From contig JAUPSS010000001.1 in NCBI GenBank assembly GCA_040285825.1, forward strand, positions 868,001 through 932,000: 64,000 bases of DNA, given 5' to 3'. Below are positions 23,938-36,636 of the stretch, piece by piece. Positions within the stretch are counted from its first letter, which is position 1. Each line of letters opens with the position of its first letter. The position numbers and the translations under genes are program-made. The notes beneath the pieces were generated by a model. It had not been told where the DNA came from and did no database searches. It saw only the letters and a list, made by a program, of their open reading frames with translations. This stretch comes from Eukaryota sp. TZLM1-RC. Its lineage: Eukaryota > Protista > Metamonada: BaSk clade.

Positions 23938-24672
23938 ATGAAACTAACTGTTATAGGCCACTGGGCAGGATATCCTAAAGCTAATGACGCTACCTCTGGT
24001 TATTTGCTCCAGCACGATGGTTTCAATGTTCTTATTGATTGTGGTAGTGGTGTATTGTCCAACATGTTGCACTTCGTTTCTTACACCGAACTGCATGCAG
24101 TTGTCATCTCCCACTACCACCATGATCATATTGCTGACGTAGGTCCACTACAATACGCTAGGCTAGTGGAAACACAGCTAGGCAAGGTGAATTCTCCACT
24201 CAAAGTATATGGCCCATCGTATGATCAGGATACACTGTCAAAGTTAAAGAAACCTCCATTTGTTGACACTGTTCCATATGACCCGCAAAGCCGAAAAAAA
24301 ATAGGTCCGTTTGAGTTGGAATTTCATGAAAATATCCACTCAATTAAATCATTTGCCATTAAGGCTACTTGTGGATCCAAATCAGTAGCTTATTCAGGAG
24401 ACACTGCCTATCATGAGACATTGGCAGAGTTTGTGAGTGATGTAGATTTGTTCATTTGCGAGGCGAGCTTCTATCCTTGGCAAGATGCAGTGCCTTATGG
24501 ACACTTAACAAGTACAGAAGCAGCGAGAATTGCTCAAAAAGCGTCAGTAAATCATCTTTTACTTACACATTTACCTCACTTCGGAAATGTAAACGAGTTG
24601 CTTGAGGATGCTAAGAAACATTTCGAACAGAGAACGAGTCTGGCATTCAAAGGGTGGTGTTGTGAGATATAG
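23938..24672 (+). CDS. Metallo-beta-lactamase-fold hydrolase (RNase Z/YhfI-like)
   Basis: MKLTVIG.WAGYP, LIDCGSG, SHYHHDH, YSGDT, EAS, GHLT, LTH; intronless and bacterial-like. Confidence 0.9.
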   Translation: MKLTVIGHWAGYPKANDATSGYLLQHDGFNVLIDCGSGVLSNMLHFVSYTELHAVVISHYHHDHIADVGPLQYARLVETQLGKVNSPLKVYGPSYDQDTLSKLKKPPFVDTVPYDPQSRKKIGPFELEFHENIHSIKSFAIKATCGSKSVAYSGDTAYHETLAEFVSDVDLFICEASFYPWQDAVPYGHLTSTEAARIAQKASVNHLLLTHLPHFGNVNELLEDAKKHFEQRTSLAFKGWCCEI

Positions 24673-24680
24673 TTGTTTTT

Positions 24681-24728
24681 GTGGTTTGATTCCATTGTGG
24701 TTTGATTCCATTGTGGTTTGATTCCATT
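24681..24728 (+). repeat. 16-bp tandem repeat x3
   Basis: GTGGTTTGATTCCATT three times; single copy in the paralog near 54333. Confidence 0.9.
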
Positions 24729-24892
24729 GGAATGTGGAAGTGTAAAGAAAATGGTGTGCTGTTAAAGTAACTACAAGTGATTCAATCAATCAACATTTTG
24801 ACACCATTAATTCAATAGACTTGATGACTAGACACTAGCATTAGTAGAGAAAAATTCGTTAATGAAACTTTATTTATAAGTCAAGTTTGAGA

Positions 24893-26834
24893 TTTTTGAT
24901 GTGCTTCTTCATGATTTTCCTGAACTTTCTGCATATTTTTATTTATTTTATGGAAAAAAATCAGACTTAATTTTTGACTCCTTTACCCTTGAATCTTCTT
25001 CTGGTGTGAAACAAGGTGATCCTCTTGGCCCTTTGCTGTTTTGTTTGGCTATTCATAATATTATTAAAATGACACAACAAGATTTCCCTGATTTGCGTAT
25101 TGTTGCCTATATGGATGACATTTCTATTATTGGTTCTTTTGAAAGCATTTCTAGGGTTTCTGAAGACATTGCGGCGAAATACAAAGAAATTGGTTTAGCT
25201 TTGAACCCATCTAAATGTCTCTTGATTGGTAGAGAAAAACAATCTTTGATGATTGGTGGAGCTCAGATTCCTTTTATCAATTATGACCAACAAGCTTTTA
25301 AGTTTCTTGGATGTTGGCTTGGCAATTTGGATGAAATTTATTCCCAGTTAAACAATTTATTGGAGAAGTTTGACAAGGATCTTAGTTTAATTGCTGAATG
25401 TGACATTGAGAAACACATCAAATTTTTATTTTAAAAATTTGTTATTCTGGAAAAATTCACTCATATTTTAAGGTCAACTCCCCTTCGGTATCTCTCAATT
25501 TTTGCAGATCTTTTAACAAACTTCGAGTCAAATTTTTTTCTTCTTTATTAGAAGTAAATGAATCTTTAATTCGAAGTCATGTATTTTGTTCAGCAGATTT
25601 GGGTGGAATTGGATTCACCAAATCTTCGATTCTGTGTAAAGCAGCATTTTTGGGAGGTGGTAAAAATTTTGTTTTTGAATTTTTCCAAAGGTTCCCTTTT
25701 GATGTTCATCTGATCAATGGTGAATCAAATTTTTACTTGAATCAACTGCAATTTGAATTAGAAAATTTGCCTAGTGATATCTGGATTCAGTGTTTTCCTC
25801 AAAACGTTCAAGAAATTCCCACTCGATCACTTCCAAATTTACGTTTTTGCTTGAAAAAGCTTCAGCACCATCTGGTTAAATTATATGAAGGCTTGGATTA
25901 TGAAGTAAGACTTGGCTTGGCCAAAACTAGAAATCCCGCTTTCGGTAATTTTTTAAAGGATATTCGTGATAGTTCTGCTGCTGCTTTAGTAACTCAAGTT
26001 CCCTCTGTTTATGGACTTTTGCTAAAAGACAATGAATGGCTTTTAAACATGCGTTTTCGTTGTTTTCTGTGGCCAAACAATTTGCCCAATCATTTAACTT
26101 GTAAATGTGGTAAACCTCTTTTGTTTACTCATCTTTTGAACTGCAAACATTTCATTACATTTAGAAGCAAAGTGCATAATAACGTCAGGGACCAAATTTA
26201 TGTAATGTGCAAATCATATCGTGTAGATTCCTTTTTAGAACCGCTGTTATCAAAATTAATTCTTGATGATCCCAATATTGATAGTACGTGTTACAACAGA
26301 GCTTCTATGGGTTTGACTAGAGGTGATCTAGTTGTTCCCGGTTTAAATGGTAGTTTTACTATTTTGGACGCCATGTCTATTGACCCTTGTAATTCCTCTA
26401 ACGAACATTTCATTAACTCGGATGTAAATAATCCTCTTCTTGCAGGCGAAAAATATAAAATTGCTAAATATGCGAAACCCATTTCCTCGGTTAATGAAAA
26501 TTCTCATGCCCAATATAATTTATGTCCATTTGTTTTTTCTTTGCTTGGATCTCTAGGTAAGGCTGCTATGGCTTTCCTTGAGGATTTTGTTGTAGTTGTA
26601 AAGGAAAGAACTGGAAGAATTTTCAATCGTGTTTACTGGCAAAACAGGATTGTATTTTTCTATTTTTAAGGGAATGGTAACACTAATTTCTGATTCACTA
26701 TCTTCTTTTGGGAAATTTTCTGAATCTTTAGCGATTAATTGTTTTGATGTAGGGGAGGCAGGTTTTGAGGATGTGGAGTTTTAATTGTGTATTTCATATT
26801 TGTTGTTGAATAAAAATATTCTTTTTTAAAAAAA
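24893..26834 (+). mobile_element. 5'-truncated RLE (CRE-like) LINE family B with poly(A) and a 10-bp TSD
   Basis: GVKQGDPLGP, AYMDD, CKC..HLLNC, RGDLVVP..D..DP..KYK..KY; TSD AAGTTTGAGA at 24883-24892 and 26835-26844. Confidence 0.92.
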
Positions 26835-29800
26835 AAGTTTGAGACAACTTTTGACAATTTTCTTCAAAAAAGATTTCTTGACAAATTCAGGATCTTGGTT
26901 GACATTCCAATGCCCGTACTTTCTATAACAAGAAGGGTCATCTTTCCTATCACACTTGTCGCCAAACTTGCACTTATAAGGAATCACTGGTATAGGTTCA
27001 TGGGAAAAAGTGAAGCGATGAAGAGGATCCTTAAGACTTTCGCAACTTACCCCATGTTCACATACTTCCAGCTCAACGTGGTCAAATAGTCTGCAGTGTT
27101 CCTCGTTTTCCACATCTTTACAAAATCCTGAATATCGACAAATATGTTTAAACCCCCTTAAATGCTTCGCTCCCTCGGAGGTCTTTCCCATATGATCCAC
27201 ATAGTAATACTCGCAGGTATAAGGATTAGGACATTGAGGTAGTCCTGAGTTTATATTAGCAACATTTTTAGTAATAGAGGAAGATCTTGGTTTTTGAAAC
27301 GATTTTGTGGATGTATAATGTTGAAAAAATGTTCGATGGGATAGTGAAGCCAACTGGTTACAATTTTTAAAGGGACAACGTGGGACATGGTGAAATTTTG
27401 TAATATGATCTCTTTCTTCAACACGTTGGCAGGGAAAGAGCAAATCTTGACATGGAAGCATAAAATTTCGAGAATTTTGAATTAAATCGTATTTAATTAA
27501 ATCTTGGCATTGTGCTAGACAATCCCCAAATTCACTAAATATAATTGAATCAAAAAACTTGTGAAAAATGGAAAGTACAAATGATAAAACAGTCATTGCA
27601 CCGGGAATAGGGTTTCTGAAAGCTCCACAACCAAGAGGGCAAATCACCAAATGAGTATTTCCGTGTTTAATGGCAGCTAAAAAGACACAAGTCCATCTCT
27701 TGTATAGTAATAGTAAATCATCAAAATGAGCATAGTCTTCACCAAAGTTTTCAACTTCCATTTTTTGTGGATTTTGAGGAGCAGCAGTACTTATAATGGT
27801 AACTCTTTGTGGTTTTTCAAGCAATTGACATCCAGTAGCTTCCGTTGTTTTGAAAATTTCCACATTTTCGGTAACTACAACATCAATTTTAGCTGTTTTC
27901 CATGGATATGCTACCCTTTGGCCAGAAACTACATGTCCACCATACTGTTCAGGATCCAAAGCAGCACCTAGAGTTGTTCTTCTGAAAAGTGATTCTTCCT
28001 GAGCACTGGCACCCGTGAGATAACCACCACCAGGATGTTCCTCATTAGCCATGTTGAGGACACCAACACGGTTAGTGGTAGGATCAAGGCCAATCGCACA
28101 TTCAAGACAGTCTTTTTCCAAAAACTCGATCGGTTTAACCTCATTAGTTGCAAAAAAATCAAAATCATGATTAAAATAATCGTCAAAAAAATAGACAGAA
28201 TTACATAGCAAATTACAATTCAATCTAGTAAAGGATTCACCATTCAGAGCATAACCATTGGCATTCACGACTCTCAAGGTATGAGCCATTATGATGCACA
28301 ACACAAGCCTATAACAATTGTTAAATCTTCGTCTAAGAGAGGGAAGGTCATAGGAATTGATTAGGAAATGGATTAATTGATCATTGTAATTTTCGACTAA
28401 ATTTCCATAGTAATGCAGAGCCAAATCAACATGGGCCTTTTCTTCGGCAAAACAAACAGGATAAGCAAGAGCAGGATTCAATTCCTCAACTAAAACTAAT
28501 GTAATTTATCTATTTTTCCCTTTAATTAAAAATCGTACCTCTTTTTAGAACACATTCATCCTCTGTGCTGACCAGAACAACTCTTCTATCCCCAAACAAA
28601 GTGATCTTGTGCTTTGTGGAAGTGAGGCTCTGGTCAATGACGTGTTTCAGAGTTGAGAAATTTGGACAAGGAATGAAGACTAGTTCGAATAAATAGAATT
28701 CATTAAAAGAAATTCTAAAATTTTGGTTGGAAGTGTCAATTGATTGAATGATCTCTCATTGATCTTCTTTTGAAAAAGATCAAATATTCGAACAATGAAA
28801 TGTCAGCCAATATTTGGTCATTTAGATAGATTGTCTGTGAATTCGGTAATAGTTGAGCCAAATTTTCGTCAATAACAGAATGATTAATTGGTGATCCATC
28901 TTCGACAACGACTGTGATCGACGTCAAGGCTAAAATTTTAGAAGTTTGATCTCTTCCCCTGCTCTTGAGCTCTACTGTTTCCTTTTGCTTATCCATTAAT
29001 TTTTGTTTCAATTTTTGAATCAATTGATTGTTTTTTTCATTATTATTGACCGCCAACTGATCACTGTTAGTGGACATTTCTGAAATTTCTGCCTTTAAAC
29101 CCAAAACTTCCTTTTCCAAATTTTCAATGATTTCCGATCGGTCGGCTACACAATTTTTCAAAGAGTCAAGGATAGCAACAAATTCTTCATTAATTTCTTT
29201 AATTTTCCCATATTGCCCTTCTAATTCATCATGAGAGTCAGAAAGATCCTTGAAAGCTGATTCTGATTGGTTCAAGGAAACAGAAAGTGATTTAATAACT
29301 GATGAATAATTGGTAGATTTTTCGGAGAGATCACATAAAAAGATCATAAAGCTCATTGAAAGTAGTTGAAAATGTTTTGAATTCTGAACGTTGTGACTGA
29401 ATGGTTTCCTCTAACTGAGTAATTTTTGACTCCAATTCAACAATTAACGTAGACTTAAATTGAATTTCTGTAATCAATTCAGCAATCAAGTCTTGACTAT
29501 TCTTGATTGATTGACAATTTGATTGATTCTCGGTTGATAATTCCGAATTACTGGCTTTAAGTGACATAATCTCTGATTCCAGTGATTCTTTTTCAGACGT
29601 TAGAGATTTGATTTGAGTAGTTAATTCAGCAATTGATGAATTTAATTCTGCAAATTTAGAACTTTTCATCAATAATTCTTGATTCTTTGAATTAATTTCA
29701 GCATCTTTTTCTTTTAATAATTCAATTTTTTTAAAAAAATTAATTTTATTCTAAACCTATAAATCAACATCTAAAAAATCCATCTCTCCCAAAACAAAAA

Positions 29801-30575
29801 CACTAGATGCAACTCTCTCATAGTGAGATCCAAGAGAAAGCAAAGCATCAAAAACCATCTTCAACATCCCCTTAAAAATAGAAAACACAATTCTATTTTG
29901 CCAAAACAATCTGTTGAAATTTCTGCCAGTTCTTCTCTTTACAATCATTTCAAAATCATCCAAAAAACGTAAAGCAGTTGGTGCAAGTGAACCAAAAGGG
30001 GAAAATACAAATGGATAAAAATTGTATTTTGCATGCTGTAGACTGGCCAATTTGGACAAAGGTTCATTGTATTTTTTGAATTTAAAATTTTCAGCATTTG
30101 AAAGGGGATTATGAATTTCAGAATTGACAAGCCTTTCATTTGAGGCATTACAAGGATCAACAGACATTACATCCAATAAAATAAAGCTTCCATCTAATCC
30201 AGGTAATCTGACATCACCTCTATTATTCTCATGAAAATCATTTTCAGCATCAAACAGATTTGACAACAGAGGTTCCAAGAAGGATTCAATTCTATGAGAT
30301 TTACACATACAATATAACTGGTCTCTTACAGCATCATGAACCTTACTTCTAAAAGTAATAAAATGTTTACAATTTAACAAATGAGTAGTTGTAATTTCTC
30401 GAGAACATTTACAAATTAAATTATGAGGTAAATTATCAGGCCAGATAAAGGAACGAAATCTCATATTCAGAGTCCAAGCAGAATCGGGGGTCTTAATTCA
30501 ATTTTATCACCATTATCTTTTTCATTTTTCTTAATTTCTTTTTTTAATTCACTATTCAACAGACCCAATTCATCT
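26826..30575 (-). pseudogene. PARG-PBZ gene copy 2 (frameshifted, LINE-interrupted, 5' deleted)
   Basis: Highly similar to 4030-7142; frameshifts near 28500, 28775 and 29340; fused at ~30575 to the 3' end of a kinase-LRR gene. Confidence 0.85.
29730..30493 (-). mobile_element. 5'-truncated RLE LINE family D with a 12-bp TSD
   Basis: CKC..HLLNC, HDAVRD, RGDVRLP..DVMSVDP..KFKKY; TSD TAATTCAATTTT at 29718-29729 and 30494-30505. Confidence 0.85.
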
Positions 30576-30740
30576 AAATCCAAACTTCGACAAATAGCAT
30601 CTAATCGTCCTTCTCTTAGCATTGTCGTTAAATAAACACATTTCAATCACTTTTATTATCAACACAAAACCAACTATAAAATCGTCCAACATCAATACAA
30701 ATCAAAACCCAATATAAACTAGAAAAATCAACATCCTCGT

Positions 30741-30935
30741 TTGCCAACATCGTAGTCCGGTGGGTTTGCTCTTCGTTCTCTGCTTTGGCAACAGGGTTCG
30801 AATCCCATCTGCTGCACTTCTGGCAAAAGGGGACCCCAAAGTGGGAGCCAGCATTTCCTTTCCCACTTTCCGGGTCTGACTGCATGGTGCTTGATCAATG
30901 AGGGTGATTCTGAAGATTGGGCATTTTAGGTTTTT
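30741..30935 (+). ncRNA. tRNA-derived Pol III element, copy 2
   Basis: TAGTCCGGTGG A-box and GGGTTCGAATCCC T-loop/B-box. Confidence 0.6.
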
Positions 30936-31049
30936 GTGGATCTTGATTTTGCATGTTATTCGCAAAAATTTCCTTTTGTGAGAAATTGTTACTGTGATTT
31001 TAGCAACAATATTGATTTTCTACTGAAAATCAAATCAAATCAAAAAATC

Positions 31050-31832
31050 TAAAGCACATAAGAAACAAAATTATTTGGGAACACTTCTGTACAAAGCAAA
31101 AATGATACGATTCTTCCATAAATTCTCTGCAAAATTTTTACCACTTGAACGACATCAATTACCAAATTCATTGATGAAATTCAAGGCGGATTGTCCTATG
31201 TTGCCAAAAATCGAAAAGGCAAAAGGAACAAACGAAAACTTCGAATAAAGGTTCTTATTTAAATCATTTAATATCTCAGTGTATTTATCTCTCTTACGAT
31301 CTTCAGCCTTGTTTAAATGGCCATTAGTACTAAGTAAAACATCATCGCGATAAAACAAAAGCAAAGGGATAAACTGTAGTGAAATCAACAACAACTTGAG
31401 AGGAATCCACAAAATTTCCATCTTTTATGCATAACTTTTAATCCATTAAAGAATAAAATAATCAAATACACAACTAAAGCTCCATATCCTCAAAGTGTGC
31501 CTCCTCTACCACAAAACAATCAATTACTAAACATTCAGAATATTTCCCATAAAAAGTACAGAATGAATCAGAAATTAATTCACCATTCCCTTAAAAATAA
31601 ATAATACAATCCGGTTTTGCCAGTAAACACACTTGAAAATTCTTCCAGTTCTTTCCTTTTCAACTACATCAAAATTCTTGACGGAGACCATTGCAGCCTT
31701 ATCCAAAGACCCAAGCAAGGAAAAAACAAATGAACATAAAATGTATTGGGCATGTGAATATTCATTGACAAAAGAAGTATGTTTCATGAATTAAAAAATT
31801 TTGTATTTTTCGCCAGCAAGAAGAAAACTATT
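31050..31832 (-). mobile_element. LINE A and LINE B-like 3' fragments
   Basis: Duplicate of 1790-2580. Confidence 0.8.
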
Positions 31833-31937
31833 TGATGCCGTTAGGCAGATGAACACACGAAACAAAGAGAGAATTCTGAGTTTATAAAATTAATTCATAA
31901 ACTAATATCACGAAGAAATCTACTAAATCAATTTAAG

Positions 31938-32485
31938 TTAAACAACAACACTTTTTTTCGAATTTTCAACATCATATTTAGTGATGTATTCATTTAAACT
32001 AAAATCACGAATTGTTTGTGGTGATAAATATTCTGCAAGTCTATTTAATTTTTTAATTTCCATTCCAATATTAAAATTGAATAGTTTAACATTTTTCACA
32101 ATTCCGTGTTGTGTGAATGCTGGCCAATATTGTTCTTTTCCATCCAATTCATCCACCCAATCTAAATAAAAATAAAACTCTAGTTCAGAAATAAATGGGA
32201 TTTTTTTACAGATAAATCATTGAATTCGCTAGATTCCATCAAATGTTCTTTTCCAATATAAATTGTCTCTGGTACATTATTCATCAACACACTGATGATT
32301 TAACGTTTTTCATAGTTTGTCATTAATGGATGTATTTCAAATAAATCATTCAAGGATTTATATTGTAATTCACCACCAGCTGAAGTCAGTTGTATTGTGT
32401 CAACTACCCATTTAAATGTTGTTGGGTTAAATTTTAAATTAATTTTATCAACACTATTTGGTTTAATTCGTTTTGGTATGGTCAT
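31938..32485 (-). pseudogene. Hypothetical viral protein, about 180 aa (one stop, one frameshift)
   Basis: ORFs 32300-32485 and 31938-32156 join through a TAA and an A-run frameshift. Confidence 0.4.
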
Positions 32486-32511
32486 TTATAGGCAAAAAAT
32501 ACAAATATTTA

Positions 32512-33225
32512 TTACCATAATGCATTAATAGAATTATTCCTCAACCATTCCTCTTTTTCATCAATTTCCATATCTTTAAACATTGTCACAACTTTAAATC
32601 CCATTTCTTTGTATTCTGTAATTGATTTTTCGTGATATTCAATGAATTCTCGAATTTCACAATCTTTATAAACATCCTCACCATCACGACTTCGTAATAA
32701 TATTCGTTCTTTTAATTTATCAAAGTCAATTCCTAAATCAAGAACAACAATCTTATCAAAACATTCATTTAAATATTTTATACCTCTATAAACAAGATTT
32801 TCCATTGATTCATATGTAGCATTAACAGTGTATCCTTTTTCATTGTAATTTTTTCCAAATAAATGCAAATCACCCAAAAGAAATCTATCAAATAATGAAT
32901 TATCATTACCATTTTTCCAATTATCAAAATCCAAATATCTGGATGTTCTTGTGATGATTTGAAATGTGGATGAAATTAATTGGAGATCTCTCAATTCAAT
33001 TTCATTTCGTTTGTATTTTTTTATTGCATCGAGAAATGTCAATAAACTTTCCTCATAATTTTTACCATTAATAATTGCAATACTTTTATTGTTATGATTA
33101 TATACATTCCAATCATTAACATTTTCAACAATTGGTTTGGCATTATAATACTTTGAAATTAATTTACACATTGTTGATTTTCCAGCACCAGGAGGACCTT
33201 CAACCAAAATTGCATATCTTTGCAT
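32512..33225 (-). CDS. Deoxynucleoside/thymidylate kinase family protein
   Basis: VEGPPGAGKST P-loop, ENVNDW, FDRF, ERILLRSRDGE lid. Confidence 0.85.
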   Translation of the reverse strand: MQRYAILVEGPPGAGKSTMCKLISKYYNAKPIVENVNDWNVYNHNNKSIAIINGKNYEESLLTFLDAIKKYKRNEIELRDLQLISSTFQIITRTSRYLDFDNWKNGNDNSLFDRFLLGDLHLFGKNYNEKGYTVNATYESMENLVYRGIKYLNECFDKIVVLDLGIDFDKLKERILLRSRDGEDVYKDCEIREFIEYHEKSITEYKEMGFKVVTMFKDMEIDEKEEWLRNNSINALW

Positions 33226-33233
33226 TTTTGGTG

Positions 33234-33248
33234 AATAAAATCATTTTT
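33234..33248 (-). promoter_or_regulatory. Candidate viral promoter motif AAAAATGATTTTATT
   Basis: 8 nt upstream of the dNK ATG; identical 15-mer 6 nt upstream of the RING gene ATG (36616-36630). Confidence 0.5.
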
Positions 33249-33249
33249 T

Positions 33250-35873
33250 TAAGTAAAGTAAGAATTAACCAAATTTGAGTTTATTCTATGGATGCCACCA
33301 TATATAAAGTTTCCGTCTGGTATTTTCTTTTTTATTATTTTATTTATTTAAAGAATCAAATAAAAACAAAACAAACTAAAACACATAAGAAACTAAACCA
33401 CGCCAACTCTTGATGAATCCTTATAAAGTTTAGACATCATTAAACTCAAGTACTTGGGAACACTTCTGTACAACGCGAAAATGATACGATTTTTCCATAA
33501 ATTCTCTGCAAAATTCTTACCACTTGAACGACATAAATTACCAAAATCATTGAGAAAATTCAAAGCAGACTGACCAAAATTGCCAAAAATCGAGAAGGCA
33601 AAAGGAACAAACGAAAAATTCGAATAGAGCTTCTTATTTAAATCATTTAGTATCTCAGTATATTTATCTCTTTTACGATCTTCAGCCTTGTTTAAATGGC
33701 CATTAGTACTAAGTAAAACATCATCGCGATAAACAAAAGCAAAGAGATCAACTGTAGTGAAATCAACAACAACTTGAGAGGAATCCACAAAAGGAGCAAT
33801 TAAATCACCTCGACGTGAATTAAAAAGATTATCATCACTATAATGCTTCAACAAAGGTTCTACTTTGCAACTAAAATTGTGACAGTTGAACATCTCATAT
33901 GTCACATCACGAACGGCATTATGAAGAACTGACCTATATTGGAGAAATTTCTTACAGCTCACAATATGACGAAAATTGGCAGTAGGTTTTTGTTACAAAT
34001 ACAATAAGAATTGTCCAAAAGACCACTTGGATACATCCCTAATCTCAACCGCATGTTTTGTTTCCAAGCTTCATTTGTTAAGTGAAGACCAAATGGCCTT
34101 GGTTGCTGAGATATTAAACTAGTACAGTTCTGCATGTCTGATAAAAAGGCAGCAAAGACGGGATTATTAATCTTAGTCACACTAAGTCGTTTAGAAAAAT
34201 CCAGGTCTTCAAAACCAATAGGAACAGACTTCTGTAATTTCACAACAGCAAGATGAAGGTTGGTGAAAGATCTCGAAGGCACAGCAGGCAAACTTGAAGG
34301 AAAACTCCTATTCCAAATATCAACAGGTAGTTCTTGCACCATTTTTTCAAGAGAAATTAATAACGGATGTGATTCATTTAAAGAAATATGATCAAAACGA
34401 AGTTTCCATTCAAAAAGAAAATTTTTCATACCACCAATAAAAGCACTTTTGCATAAATACTCTGCTTTTGAAAAACCAACTCCACCAAATTTAGGACTAA
34501 AAAATGCATGATAAGGAATTTTAGATGGACAAACTTCTACTAAATTTCCTAAGAAATTTGTTCTCAAAGTATTGAATTGACGTGCAAAATCATGAGAAAT
34601 TGTGGCAGATAAAGAACGAAGAAGATGATTAATTTTTGATCCAAAACACACATTTAGGACCGAAAACGCTAAATGTTTGTCAATTTCTAGATCTTGAATA
34701 GCCAAAAGTTGCTCTTCGATTTTTTCTAAAATACCTGACAAAATCGATTTAACTTTTTCACTATTTCCAAAATAAGATCCAAGAAACCGAATAGCATCTT
34801 CCTCGTAATCAACGTATTTGATAAAAGTTTCATTAAATGCCACCTCCGCATGCTGATTACCAATAATGAAACACTTGGGCAATTTAATGTCTAACCCTAT
34901 TTGTTTGGCCAGAAAAACAAAATGTTGTAAACCGTGTTGTAAAAGAGACAAAGGGCCAATAAGTGATAAATCATCTGCATAAGCACATATATGAATGTCA
35001 GGAAAATCGGACTTAAATTTTACCAAAACTGATTGCAGTGCTAGGCAAAAGAAAAATGGACCCAATGGATCCCCTTGTTTGACCCCTCTTGACGAAACAA
35101 TATTCTCAGAATGAAAAATTAAGTTAGAGGGTGATCCATACATCAATTTAAAATACGGCAAAAGTGGAGGATAGTGTAGTTCAAGTTCTTGCAAAATACT
35201 GGAGCGAAAAACGGAGTTGAAAGCATTTTTAAAATCAATGTTCAATAAATAATTTTCGCCTTTTTGATTGAAAAGTAAATCTGTACACAACGCAGCACAT
35301 GTTGTGCCATCAGGAATTCCGATCGCAAACTGATAAGGACGAAAATAATTAATTGCGGAGGACTTAACTCTTTTAAAAGAAATAATTGTTAATAATCTCG
35401 TTATGGACTCACCAACAGCAATAGGTCTGACACCACCTCCAGGCTTATTTTATTTATTATTTTTATTATTTTATTTTTAACAGCAATATTCATTGCATCA
35501 TCCAAGACTGAAAAAAAGAAATCATCATGTGATGGGTGTTTCATAACAGCATGTAAAAATTCGTGCAACAACACATAGAAATAAAACGAAAAATATTCAG
35601 GAATGAACATACCATCAATATCAAAACAAAAATATATTTTATTTGAATGTAAATAAACATATGATGTTTTTTTTGTTATTTTTTTGAAATTACATTACAA
35701 TTCATTTCACTTATTTTATCCATTGTGATTGTGTATGGTTTATATAATTTCATTTTCATCAATACTAATATAACACCATTTCTCAGACGATACAACATTA
35801 TTGCTCTTTTACGTGTCTGTGCACGTATTGTTATAATATTTCCTGTTGTTTCACGATGGTAGAAAATCTTCAT
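33250..35873 (-). pseudogene. WLM-like zinc metallopeptidase (NCLDV type), split by a LINE
   Basis: KTSYVYLHSNKIYFCFD..YVLLHEFLHAVMKHPSHDDFF (HExxH) at 35460-35670; putative C-terminus KKKIPDGNFIYGGI resumes below 33335. Confidence 0.6.
33349..35444 (-). mobile_element. 5'-truncated RLE (CRE-like) LINE family A
   Basis: RPIAVGE, QFAIG, IDFKNAFN, GVKQGDPLGP, AYADD, finger and RLE; probable TSD TTATTTTATTTATT at 33335-33348 and 35445-35458. Confidence 0.92.
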
Positions 35874-35992
35874 TTTATAAAGTAATATTTAACCCTTTCA
35901 CTTTTCTACTAGAGGATAATTTTTTTTATTTTATTTTTAATATATTACAAACATAACTACTAGAAAACATTGCACGTAAAGACTGGCACTTA

Positions 35993-36343
35993 CTATTTCG
36001 TATGGGTAAGTTGTATTATAGTGGATGTTCTACCATAGATAAAATCTTTTACCCTATCAACTTTAACAAATTGACAATCACTAGAATCATAACCATCAGG
36101 GTGGTTACGATATTTGAATGTCGTGTGTCCCATAAAACCATAGTACATTTTCACACAAGCAGCAGCAGCATTGTTGAAAACAAAATGGAAAGGTTTGGTT
36201 TCACAGGTTGGATATTCATTTCCAGTTTCTTCCAAATATTCCCAAGTAGCAGCAGAATATGGTGTCTCATTATTTTCAATACTTCCACCAGGAAGTTGAA
36301 AAGATGGCAAACCATTTTTATCCTTGGCAACAATAAAAAGCAT
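35993..36343 (-). CDS. Nudix hydrolase (5' end uncertain)
   Basis: LPGGSIENNETPYSAATWEYLEETG Nudix box, with W in place of the usual R. Confidence 0.75.
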   Translation of the reverse strand: MLFIVAKDKNGLPSFQLPGGSIENNETPYSAATWEYLEETGNEYPTCETKPFHFVFNNAAAACVKMYYGFMGHTTFKYRNHPDGYDSSDCQFVKVDRVKDFIYGRTSTIIQLTHTK

Positions 36344-36636
36344 TCTGAGTGATGCATCGTGTCTATAAGTTGTAAAGACAGAAGATACATATCGAAAACC
36401 CTTAATATTTATAAATATTTCATCTTTGGTGGCGTTCTAATAAAATTCCGCATTTCACAATATTGAGAAAATCAATCCATAGACTTTTACCTGGCCACCT
36501 GATAATTTTTTATTATTCGGATGATATATTCATCATGTTGTAGATAAATTTCCAATTGAAATACAGTATAATATATTAATGAAAAATGTTTATGATATTG
36601 AACAATTTTGTGTATAAAAATGATTTTATTTTTTTA

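Noticed and set aside
24681-24728. Mini-CRISPR
   Set aside because: Direct 16-bp tandem repeat with no spacers; single copy in the paralog.
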